Shown here piece by piece: positions 40,940-51,920 of a stretch of DNA of 64,000 nucleotides. Each line of letters opens with the position of its first letter. The stretch's first letter is position 1. The position numbers were made by a program, and so were the translations under genes. Source of the DNA: Azolla caroliniana (Eukaryota > Plantae > Polypodiophyta); NCBI GenBank assembly GCA_043228905.1, contig JBHGNT010000002.1:23126001-23190000 (forward strand). The letters run 5' to 3'. The notes under the pieces were generated by a model. That model did not search any database and had not been told where the DNA came from. It was given only the letters and a program-made list of their open reading frames with translations.

Positions 40940-43646
40940 GGGTGCATATGAATTTACACATGTGCATATGCATGAAAGTAGGTATATTCCTATGCACGTG
41001 AGTAAAAGTTAAATGTTAGTATGTGTATGTGTTTGTTTACGTGTATGTGCGGACACGATAGGTTGAGATGTGTATAATTTGATTTGCCAAATTTCGTGCT
41101 TTGTACTACCCTTGAACCTTAGCATTAGATATGATATGTTTGAAAGTACTTACACTTTTGTAATTCTCATGTATTACTCAAGCTTTCACTTAGGTGTGCC
41201 ACATCCTCTAACTCATCCAACATTTTGCCCTTGATGTACCTAAGTGATCATTGGGCTATTGCAAGGCCCTAATTGGGTGGATAGATTTACTTTGGTTTTG
41301 CCTCACCAAAAGGATACAAGTAGGTGTTACCACATGTGCTTGATCTTTAATGTAAGTACCAAGATCAGTAAGTCAAGCAACTACCGACTGCCAAAATGTT
41401 GAAGGACTATTTGTCACATTCACCAAGAAGCAAGGAATTTTGCATATATGTGGATGAAAGTTTTCTCGCAAGGATCAACATGACTCATACCTTGGAGTAT
41501 TGCACTTCCAACATTATCGAGTCTTGAGGGGTCACCTTCCTCTTGATGGGCTAACTGAGGGGTTGGGAGACTTCACTCCCCAATAGCAAAGACCATGTCA
41601 TGCATCAACGTATAAAAGCACTTACCATGGAACCACGGAAAGCCTCAAAGGCTTCTTAAGTTAATATAAATTAAGACAGAATTAATCATTGTACAGTAAT
41701 TAAGAAATTTGTTAGTCTCATTTAAATAGATAACCACTATATTAAACATACAAGATGTCACAATTAAATAAATAACTAAATAAGAAAGGTGCATATCTTG
41801 ATTAATTAGGTGGAAAAGCTATACGATGTAAAGTGGCCCTTGGTGGCTGTAATGGTGAGAGAGTGAGGACAAAAAGGTAGCCCCAAAGTTACGACGCCCA
41901 AAGGCCCATTTCACATTAGACCTATTGCCCTTTTATACAAGTTGAAAAACTTGAAGGGAACCTTTTACATTACAATCCCATTACCCATTGATTGTTCTTA
42001 CATAATAAAGGGTAGTTCTCGACAAATTACAATATAACTATGTTTCTTATATACACTTGGCCTATGATAAATACTTGAGATTGAAAATACCTTAGCCTCA
42101 GGGGTTGTTGCAACTAAAGAATATGATATTATTCCATTAATAGTGGAAAATATAGATATTGAAAGGGTTAATTTAAGGGCTAGAAAGGGATAATAAGAGT
42201 TTGTAGAATCTTGACAAGTGTGCGCTTGTTAGGAAGCATGCATAGACATCTTGTGCTTGTCTAATTGTATAAAAAGGGCTCTTTCCCCTAGTTGACATAA
42301 ATGAGATCAATAATAGCATTGGATGTGATCAAACCCTTTATCCTGAACCTTGTTTCCCGCTCTCTTGTTCTCTTATTGATTCTCTCTCTTGAATATCACG
42401 TTGTCGTGGAGAAAACCGTCCCTAGGAGGAATCGGTGGATAGTGTGCGTAAACCGGCCCTTACACACGGGCACATGTTTTGATGTATTCACATAGTTAAG
42501 TATAGGTCGGCGATGTAATTATCCTAGGTAGCACGAATTCATTAGGTAGGGAATCGAAGAGGATCTCTGTCCGCTAGGACAAAGAATACAAGTGATGTAA
42601 TAGTCTGTAACAACTCTCTCTCCTTGTGCTATAAAAGGAGAGGAAAAGGGCTGAGGGGGGGGGATGGCGAACATTTTTGAGAGGACAAAGTGCTGTCGGA
42701 CTGGGAACCGAGCTCTCTCCTCCACCATCGTTGTTGCTTCTGTAGGGATTTGGGTTAAGTTGGTTGCCTCTGCTGCGTGAAAGCCCGTGTGCTTCCGGTA
42801 GAGGCCCCACTGCAAATTTTAGTGTGTGTGTTCGTTTGTGTTGAGTTTGTCATCGGCTTCCCGATTGTAACATTGCAAGCTCTGTAATCTATACTGTTAT
42901 TGGAATTGATTCTTTCGTTTCTGTCTCTTTGTGTTTCTGCGAATCTCTCTCCCTCTTATCTCTCATGCTTCTCGCTTCAGGGCCCCCGCAGTCCTGCCTT
43001 ATTTCATACGCGAGAGCGTTGTCGTGAAGAAAACCGTCCCCAAGCGGAATCGGTGCACCGGAGCGTAGGAACCGGCTCTTCATGCACGTGCGCCTTACGT
43101 TGTACATAGGAGATCCTAGGCAGGTAGATTCGGTAGGTAAGAAGTAAAGGGGGAAACGGCTCCTTCCTGGCCTATAAAAGGAGGGAGAAGAGGAGGAGGA
43201 AGGGATCGCGGAGAGACGAGGACAAAGTGCTGTCGGTTTGTGGGCGAAGGCTTCTCTCTCTCTCTGGCTCGCAAACTCCGTGGCTGCTTTCTGTGCAGGT
43301 TTTCGGGAGGCTCGCGCTGCTCTAAGGAATGCCCGAGTGCTTCCGGCAACACCTCCAACCTACTCTTCTCCTTCTGTGCGTTTACGAACAGGCATCGGCA
43401 TATGTTCGCCGGCCTGTTCGGTTGTAACCGACTTCGTGTTTTTGTTGTTTGTCTTTGTTAATACATACATACATTCGTGTCTTTCTGTGTCGCTGTCCCA
43501 CTTGCGTCTTTGCGTCGAAGGGCCGTGTCCCTGTGGATCTACGCTCGCAAGTAGAGGGTCTCTTCTCCTTCCTCTCTAGCTCTTCGGTACAGGACCCCCG
43601 AGGTCCCGCCTCATTCCACGCATCCGCGAGGAATACCTCGACATCT

Positions 43647-43664
43647 TGGTGAACCCGACGTGAA
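43647..43664 (+). promoter_or_regulatory. Primer-binding site complementary to the tRNA-Trp 3' end
   Basis: TGGTGAACCCGACGTGAA is the reverse complement of ...TTCACGTCGGGTTCACCA, the 3' end of plant cytosolic tRNA-Trp as recalled. It starts 3 nt after the 5' LTR. Confidence 0.8.
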
Positions 43665-43712
43665 GGAGGCGGCAGAAGAGCAGAAGATGAAAGGGTCGGA
43701 TCTTGCAGAGCC

Positions 43713-45008
43713 ATGGCTTCGGCCGTGGATCGGATATTGAGTGCACGCGAGGGCGCCGGCGCCCTCGACAGAGCCATTGAGGCGGTCGTCGGTACGATCG
43801 GCCGGTTCAGCGGAAAGGATGCCACAAAGTATTTGGCGTCCTACGGGGCAGAAATGCTGATGCGGGACACTCCGGAAGAGAGGCGTCTTGCCGGGTTTCC
43901 TCGAGTGGCGATGCCGAGCATCCATGCGGAGGTGCTCGAGGTGCGGGCGGAGAGCCGTACCTGGGAGGAGTTCGGAGGCCGACTCCTAGAAAAATACGGG
44001 CTGGACGACGCGCTCCGGCTTTCGAAGCGGAACTTCATGGAATGGGTGGAGTCCCCTGCCAAGGGAAGAAACGCGTTGGCACTCCTCCGGGAGTTCGAAG
44101 AACGCTTTGCGCGCCTTTCGGCGCTTGACCGAACCGTTCTGGATACGAGCCGGGTCCTACTGTTCGTCAAGTCGGTGGACGAGCGGGACAGGGATCAAGT
44201 CGGCTCCTTGCTGGAAACCGAAGACGGGCTGACAACCGACTGGGCTGCGGTTAAGAGAGTCTGTGGCCGTTTCGACAAACGGCGAGAATGGGCTAACAAC
44301 GGGGCGGCCGGTGCGGGCTCTGTCACAGCAAGGAGGCTTGAACCGGCACCGCAAGTGCGAAGGGAAGAAACCCGGGAATGGCTCGAAACCGGTCCGGCTT
44401 CGACCGGCATGGTCAGTGGCTCGTTCGGAGGGGCAGCACTGGAGGAGTTGACGCGGGCAATAAAGGATCTCCAGATCGCCCAGACTCGAAGGGAAGGCGA
44501 CGAACCTGCTTGTGACCGACGACCGGCAGCGGGGAACAAGTGCATGTGGTGCGACGAGGTCGGCCACATTCGGAAGGACTGCGGCGATTTCGCAGAGGCG
44601 TTGAGGAACCGGGTGGTGTACCTGTGGGAAGGCCGGGTGCACGCCGGCGACACCAGGAGGGCCCTGAACCGAAACGACGGGCGAGGAGGAATGAAGAGAC
44701 TGATGGAAGAGGCAGCGGCCCGACACGTGGAGGTCATCCACTACTCGGTGTCGGCCGGCATTCGGGTCGGGGGCAGCGAGGCCCGAAAGGAGGGCAAAGA
44801 CGGATTCTGGTCGGCAATGTTGGAAGGTCTTGCCGGCGCACGGCTAAGGAAAGATGAAACGGACCGCGCTGAGAGACGGGTCCGGGAAATAACCGGGTGG
44901 AGCGATCCGGTCGAGGAGAAGAAGGGCTTTGTAGAAGCCGCCTGCCGGAACTACGAGGCTCTGGTTGAAGACAAACGGGTGGGGAAAGCCGGAGCGGCCG
45001 GGCCCTAA
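43713..45008 (+). CDS. gag: Gypsy gag with CCHC zinc knuckle
   Basis: 431-aa ORF just after the PBS, containing CMWCDEVGHIRKDC (CX2CX4HX4C). Confidence 0.8.
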   Translation: MASAVDRILSAREGAGALDRAIEAVVGTIGRFSGKDATKYLASYGAEMLMRDTPEERRLAGFPRVAMPSIHAEVLEVRAESRTWEEFGGRLLEKYGLDDALRLSKRNFMEWVESPAKGRNALALLREFEERFARLSALDRTVLDTSRVLLFVKSVDERDRDQVGSLLETEDGLTTDWAAVKRVCGRFDKRREWANNGAAGAGSVTARRLEPAPQVRREETREWLETGPASTGMVSGSFGGAALEELTRAIKDLQIAQTRREGDEPACDRRPAAGNKCMWCDEVGHIRKDCGDFAEALRNRVVYLWEGRVHAGDTRRALNRNDGRGGMKRLMEEAAARHVEVIHYSVSAGIRVGGSEARKEGKDGFWSAMLEGLAGARLRKDETDRAERRVREITGWSDPVEEKKGFVEAACRNYEALVEDKRVGKAGAAGP

Positions 45009-45163
45009 CAACGGTACGAGACCCGATTCGGGCAACGACGGAACGATGCCGGTGGGTCCAGCCCGCAAGATAACCCAAGAAGGGCGGATACCGACTGGGG
45101 ACGGAAATAGAAAGGACTACGGACCTACGAAAGGTCCTAGAAGAACGGATCCTCGACAGCAAA

Positions 45164-48100
45164 GTGGAGCTGTCATTGCGAGAGGTGCTAGGGATCGCCA
45201 AGAAGGAGTTCCACGACGCCATTGTGGACCTGGTGAAACGGAAGAGGCTGTCGACGGAGACGGAACCGGAAAGACCGGTGGAAGTGCGGACGACGCACAT
45301 CGACGACATGGTGCTGGAAGATGAGTGGGCGGAGAGCCACTATTCAAAGCCGCATTGGGCCCGAGCGACCACGGAGACCCCGGTGAAGATCGGGGATGTC
45401 CAGGAACCGGTGGTGGCATTGGTGGACCACGGTTCGGAAATAAACCTGATGTCCATGGACTTCTATAAGAAGGGAAAGTGGCCGATCAACACCAAGCATG
45501 GGTGGAAGATACGGGTGGCGACGCGCGCCACTGAGGAACTGCATGGGGCCTGCCCGAACGTGCGAGTCAAGATTGGCGACGTCGAGATTGACCAGCACTT
45601 CTTCGTACAGGAGACGTCCTCGCACCCGGTCATATTAGGCGGCGCGAATGGAGACCAAGGTGCTGGACAACGGTTCAGCCTACGCAAGGGTCAAAAGCTA
45701 GGACGGGCGCCATTCGGTCCAATTTCTGACGGTGCGGCCGAACCACGAGTGAAACCGCGAATCCCTCGGTGGCGAGAACCGGGAGGATATTTAGAGAGGG
45801 CTGCCAAGGCGTGGGGCCGAGACAGCCCGGACACGCGAGAAAGACCCCACAACTGTACGATAGAACCGAAACTGAAGAAACCTTGTGCGATAGGTAGAAA
45901 ATTCTGCTTCTCCAACAACAGAGGGTGTATGATAGCCGGCATCGCTGGCCGAGAAAGGGCAAGGGCGGAGGAGCGACTTCGAGCGTGCGGAGTTCTCGGC
46001 CCGGACGAGGAAATCAGCGGGGCCGTGGAGGCGGTCTCCTTCGACGACACCTTGGGGATGCTGAGGAAGGTAGCCGGAGAAGACCTTAACGAAGACCGGA
46101 CGATACCGGTATGTTCCGAAGAGATGTACGGAGTCATCGCGGACTTCAGTCAGGGGCTCGGGTCGGATCGGACAGTCCGGGTTAGCACGAAGTACAAGAC
46201 TGTGGACCGGAAGGTAAGGCCAGTCGCGGCACCCTTACTGGAGGGCAGCGAGTCCTGAATCAGAGGGGTTGCGTCGGACCCCAGTTTACGAGATCCGGCC
46301 TGCATAGGACACACCTTCACCGACGGGACGCTCCGGGAGCTCAAGATCGGTGGGGGCGGGTTCCTACTACTGGCGGAGGAAGACCGGTTTCGGAGAATGC
46401 TCGGAAGGCACGGGAAAGCCTTGGTGTTCTCGCCGGAAGAGATTGGGTGCGTAGACCCGACGATCGTGGAGCCGATGGTGATATTCACGGTACCGCATGT
46501 GCCGTGGAATCTCAAGCCGATTCCGGTTACAAGAGCTCACATCCCGGAGTTGATGGAGCTACTGAGGCAGAAAGTCGATATGGGTATTCTCGAACCGTCG
46601 AGCGCGCCATACTCGAACCGATGGTTTACCGTACCAAAGAAAAACGAAACATTGCGCTTCATTCAGGACCTGCAACCGGTCAACAGAGTGACCATTCGGA
46701 ACGCAGGAATCAGACCGACCATAGACGAGTTCGCGGAGGCCTTCGCTGGAAGGTCGATTTACTCGGTCGGTGATCTGTACTCGGGGTACGACCAGTTCCA
46801 GCTAGCCGTGGAGAGCAGAGACATTACGACGATGCGGACTCCCCTCGGCCTAGTGCGAATGTGTACCCTGCGACAAGGAGGGACCAACTCGGTGGCCCAC
46901 ATGGTGAATGCAATGAACAAGGTACTGAGGGATTGCATCCCGGACATCACCATGCCGTTTCTAGACGACATCCCGATCAAGGGTGCCCGGTGGAAGAGAA
47001 GAACGAGACAGTCGGGCCGGACGGATGCCGGCGATTCGTGACAACACACATCGACGACTGCGAGAAGGTGCTACAAAGGCTAGAGGATGCGAGGCTCACC
47101 TTCTCGGGGGAGAAATCGGCCTTCGGGCAATCAGAAATTCTGGTGGTTGGACACCTATGTGGACCATATGGCCGGAAGCCGTCTCCGGCAAAGGTAGAAG
47201 CCATCTCCGCGATGAAGACCGACTGTAGCTCGGTTACGGAAGTTCGGAGGTTCCTGGGGGCATGCACATTCTACCACATATGGATCTCGCATTACGCCCA
47301 CGTTGCGGAGCCGCTATACGGGTTGCTGAAGAAGGGGCGAAAATTCGAGTGGCGAGACGAGCACACGGAATCGGTCCGGAAGCTGAAGGAAGCTCTTGCG
47401 GCAGCACAGACGCTCTGGAAGGCTGTCTATGAGAAGGGCACCCCGGTATACATAACGGTGGATACGAGTCCGACCGGGATCGGATGGGTCGTCAACCAAG
47501 AAAACGAGGACAACATTCGGTTCCCGATCCGATTCGGCGCAAAGGTCCTCAGTGAGCGACAGCGAGGGTACGCCCAGGTTAAACGCGAACTCTGGGGTAT
47601 CGTTTCGGCAGTAAAGGCCGACAAAGACTACCTGATCGGGACAGAAGTGATTATCAAGACGGATTGCCTGCCAATTCTTGGCATGGTTTCCGGATGCGCG
47701 ACACCGGACCTGGCGATGCTTAGGTGGATAGCGTACATCAAGTCCCTGGATCCGGAAATACGGCACATTTTCGGAAAGGACAACGCCATGGCCGACATGC
47801 TTTCGAGGGCGAGATTTGATGACGAGGGCGGCATGGTTTCGGAGGATGAAGAAGTCGGCGTGGACTTCTTCGAGGCGGCGTACGTGATGACCGATGGGAC
47901 GAGCACTCCGGCACTTAACGACTTCGACGAGAGCAAGTACGACGGCGAGTGGCTACAGATCGGTGGGTTTTTGAGGACAATGACGCCGGATGCGTCATGG
48001 ACGAGGGACGAGGCCAACCGGATCCGGAAGAAAGCATACCGATTCTTTCTCCGGGACGGATACTTATGGAAGCACCCGAAGAAGAGGAACGACGTCCCGC

Positions 48101-49287
48101 TCCGGGTGGTGGCGATGAAGGAAGAACAGGAGGAGCTGCTGACGGCCTACCACGACAGCCCTTGGGCTGGTCACCTTGGAACGTGGGCCACGTTCGAGAA
48201 GATAAAGGGGAAGTACTGGTGGCCGGGATTGTACCGGGACGTGCATCGGTTCGTGATAACTTGCGAGAGCTGCCAGATGCACTCCGTAGTCCGACATCGG
48301 GACGAGCTTCACCCTACGTACCCTCCGACCATCCACTTCAAATGGATGGTAGATCTAGTGACGATGCCGATGGGAGTAGGACAGATGCGGTATCTGGTCC
48401 TGGCTCGGGAAGATCTGACGAACCAGGTGGAAGGCCGAGCCCTTCAGAACAAAACAACCGCGGCCGTATGTCGGTTCCTGATTGAGGACGTGATATGCCG
48501 GTACGGGTGCGTCGGGAAGATCGTGGCTGATCGCGGGGAGTTGGACGCCGAAGAGGCCGAGGAGCTGTTCGACCGACTAGGAGTCAAGCTCTCGCTTACC
48601 ACTGCGTACAATCCGGAGGCGAATGGAAAGGTGGAGCGCGGACACGGACCGATCGTCAAGGCGTTAGTTCGGGCATGCAGAGGTCAAGTCGGGAACTGGC
48701 CGCGGCTGCTGCCTTACGCGTTGTGGGTGGACCGAACTACACACAGTTCGGTAACCGGATTCATGCCGGCAGAGCTCATGTTTGGGCAGAAGCCGATCAT
48801 GCCGATGGAACGTACGATCTCCTCATGGGCAACCATGGCTTGGAGAGACGAGATGAGCCGGGAGGAACTGTTGGCAGCGCGCATACGACAGCTCGAACGA
48901 AGACCGGAGGACGTAGAGCAGGCTACGGAAAAGCTTCGGGTGGCAAGGACGAGGAAGAAAGACTGGTTCGACCGAACGCACCGGCTCCGACCAAAGAAGA
49001 TCGAGGAAGGCGACTGGGTGCTAGTCTACGACAGCAGCCTCGACAACCAACACCGAGTGACACGGAAGTTCGCAAGAAGGTGGTTCGGGCCTTACGTGGT
49101 ACAAAGCGCCAACGACAATGGGACGTACCATCTGGCAGAACTCGACGGCACGAGAATGGCGATACCGGTAGCTGGGAAGCGGGTCGAAGCGTTCAAGAAG
49201 CGTCACGACGACGAGCCGGATCCGGATAACCTGGACCGGGACGACGAACGATCCAAAACCGAAGAAGAACCGACGGGCGGGGAATAA
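45164..49287 (+). pseudogene. pol: Gypsy pol (PR-RT-RNase H-integrase), disrupted
   Basis: PR ALVDHGSEINL, RT DLYSGYDQF and PFLDD, RH VDTSPTGIG and ADMLSR, INT HDSPWAGH...CESC with DDE core and WFGPY. Split across ORFs 45164-46258, 46397-47041 and 46861-49287. No chromodomain. Confidence 0.9.
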
Positions 49288-50199
49288 AGGCTGGACCGGT
49301 TTTCTCCGTCTCAACTCAATTTGGCGCATGCCGGTGGATGCGCGGTTAGGTGGGGGCGGATGTTGTGAAGAAAACCGTCCACAAGCGGAATCGGTGCACC
49401 GGAGCGTAGGAACCGGCTCTTCATGCACGTGCGCCTTACGTTGTACATAGGAGATCCTAGGCAGGTAGATTCGGTAGGTAAGAAGTAAAGGGGGAAACGG
49501 CTCCTTCCTGGCCTATAAAAGGAGGGAGACGAGGAGGAGGAAGGGATCGCGGAGAGACGAGGACGAAGTGCTGTCGGTTTGTGGGCGAAGGTTTCTCTCT
49601 CTCTCTGACTCGCAAACTCCGTGGCTGCTTTCTGTGTAGGTTTTCGGGAGGCTCGCGCTGCTCTGAGGAATGCCCGAGTGCTTCCGGCAACACCTCCAAC
49701 CTACTCTTCTCCTTCTGTGCGTTTACGAACAGGCATCGGCATCTGTTCGCCGGCCTGTTCGGTTGTAACCGACTTCGTGTTTTTGTTGTTTGTCTTTGTT
49801 AATACATACATACATTCGTGTCTTTTTGTGTCGCTGTCCCACTTGCGTCTTTGCGTCGAAGGGCCGTGTCCTCGTGGATCTACGCTCGCACGTAGAGGGT
49901 CTCTTCTCCTTCCTCTCTAGCTCTTCGATACACGACCCCCGAGGTCCCGCCTCATTCCACGCATCCGCGAGGAATACCTCGACAGCGTAACACCACGACA
50001 ACGTATTGCTCATTTTGAGGGCGGCTTGCATTGTAGAATTTCATATTATTTGTTGTGTACGTTTGTTTGCCCAATTTATGTAACCCTAACTTGGAGGAGG
50101 TTCTTGATTAGGCCAAACAACTATACCAAGTATCCATCTGTCATTTAAAGGAGGTTCAATGCAAGTCTTGCACATAATTTTGTAGGGCTTGCCCATAAT

Positions 50200-50651
50200 T
50201 AACAATCGGCAACAGTTCAATTTGGTTTGAAAGTGTCAAAACCGAACCGTTAGGTAAAAATCTAAACCATTAAACTATTGAACCGTTAAAAGCGCAGTTT
50301 TGGTTTTCAACTTAGGTCAAATTTCAAATTTAAATTTTGTTTTTTCATTATTTCAAATTTAAATTTTTCGAAAATTTAAAGATTTTTCCTAAAATGTGAG
50401 AATTAGGCTTAAAAATGAAAAGATTGTTTAAAATATATAAATAAAAAGTAAAAAATAAAAATAAGAAGCCATTAAACCGTTAAAACCGAAACCAAACCAA
50501 ACCGTTCACCCCCGAACCGAACCGAACCGAAACCAAACCATTACAAAAAACTTGAACTTGAACTTGAACCAAACCAAACCAAACCATTTAAACCGTTGAG
50601 CCATGGTTTTGTGGTTCGGTTCGATTCAAACCAAACATTTGCCGATTGTTA
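50200..50651. mobile_element. Non-autonomous hAT-type MITE, 452 bp
   Basis: 13-bp perfect TIR TAACAATCGGCAA / TTGCCGATTGTTA. 8-bp TSD CCCATAAT at 50192-50199 and 50652-50659. Subterminal AACCG repeats and an AT-rich core. Confidence 0.92.
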
Positions 50652-50815
50652 CCCATAATAAAATTCCTTTTTCTATTTTCCATTTCCAATTTTAAATTAT
50701 TTATTGGATTGACTTTTACCATTTGAACTAAAATGTTCTTCTTCATTTTGAAAACATTATTGAGATTTTCGTGTAATTATAGAATCTCTCAACAAGTAAG
50801 AACATATGTACATAC

Positions 50816-51268
50816 TATTGAAAAAAGAAATTTATGGTAGAGCATTTCAATAGATGATCGCCAAGAAGATGTAGAAATATGAGCTATCACAACAAGTCCA
50901 ATAACTTGACGATGGCAAACTTCAAGAGTAAGAGCCCATGATGGTACACGATCACAATTCTAGGGATTATGAATCAAATTTGTCTAATGATTCAAATATA
51001 CCGAGCTTCTATTCAAACAAGCTATGTACACATTATTGAACAAAGAAATTTATGGTAGAAAATTTCAATAGATGATCGCCAAGAAGATACAAAAACATGA
51101 GCTATCACAACAAGTCCAATAACTTGTAACAATTTTATATCTTGACGATGGCAAACTTTAGGAGTAAGAGCCCAAGATAGATCTACTAGAAAATTTTGAT
51201 GGCAAACGATTACAATTCTATGGATTGTGAATCAAGTGTGTCTAGTGATTCAAATATACCGAGCTTTT
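50816..51268. repeat. Tandem duplication, ~218-bp unit (second copy with insertions)
   Basis: AAAGAAATTTATGGTAGA...GATGATCGCCAAGAAGAT...GATTCAAATATACCGAGCTT occurs twice. Confidence 0.85.
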
Positions 51269-51757
51269 GGTGAAGGTGAGGTAAGTAGGCCACCGAGACC
51301 TCTACGTTCAATGGCAACAACCCTCGAGTTGAAGTAGTGTTCTCGGGCCACTTCGTCCTCCCTTCAAATGACTGATAAGTGAGTTAGCCGAACCCCTCTC
51401 TTCGAAGGTATGGTTGAGTACAAGAAGAAAAGCACTAAGGATCCTAATACTCACAAAAATGAGGGAAAAATAACTTTCAAACCTTCATTATGTTGAGGAA
51501 AAGAAGGAAATAAAACTAAGAAAAGAAGAAGGTGTAGTAAAACCCTAATGGTCCCCCCCAAACTACAAAATGAGTGACTAGAATGGTATCCTCCAAAAAT
51601 GGGTTCCTCGTCTCTTTTTATATAGAAAGAGGTGCCTATTTTTTATATTAAATTGTTTTATTTCTTTTTTGCTTCGAAATTTCAATAAATGAATCATTCT
51701 TCAATAAGCACTAGCAAAGATTCAAGCTCTAAACTTCTTACACATAATCAATGGCCC

Positions 51758-51920
51758 TAACAATTGGCAATGGTTCGGTTCGGTTTGAGAGTGTTCAAAC
51801 CAAACCGTTTAGAGATGTTGAAACCTAAACCGAACCACCAAACCGTTAAACCAAACCATTATTATTATTATTATTATTTTTTCAAACCGTTAAGCCATTA
51901 AACCGGTAAAACCGCGGTTT
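51758..51920. mobile_element. Left part of a second hAT-type MITE, interrupted by a copia LTR
   Basis: Starts TAACAATTGGCAA (12/13 match to the TIR at 50200), followed by similar GGTTCGG/AAACCG repeats. Similarity stops abruptly at ~51920. Confidence 0.75.

Larger units (their letters stand above)
43020..49984 (+). mobile_element. Full-length non-chromovirus Ty3/gypsy LTR retrotransposon (inactive)
   Basis: 624-bp LTRs at 43020-43643 and 49361-49984 with ~15 substitutions by eye. TSD GCGT. PBS TGGTGAACCCGACGTGAA at 43647-43664, PPT at ~49346-49360. Domain order gag-PR-RT-RH-INT. Confidence 0.96.
42402..50000 (+). mobile_element. Ty3/gypsy solo LTR (~630 bp: 42402-43019 plus 49989-50000), split by a younger relative
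   Basis: Ends TGTCGTGG...CCACGACA. TSD ACGT at 42398-42401 and 50001-50004. Colinear similarity to the LTRs at 43020 and 49361 (GAAAACCGTCC, TATAAAAGGAG, GGACAAAGTGCTGTCGG). Confidence 0.88.

Noticed and set aside
43800-49430. Many overlapping alternative-frame and antisense ORFs in the gypsy interior
   Set aside because: Expected shadow ORFs of GC-rich coding sequence.
51280-51630. Possible minus-strand ncRNA or gene (TATA at ~51620, telo-box at ~51540)
   Set aside because: No ORF or recognisable RNA family. These motifs are short and common near TEs.
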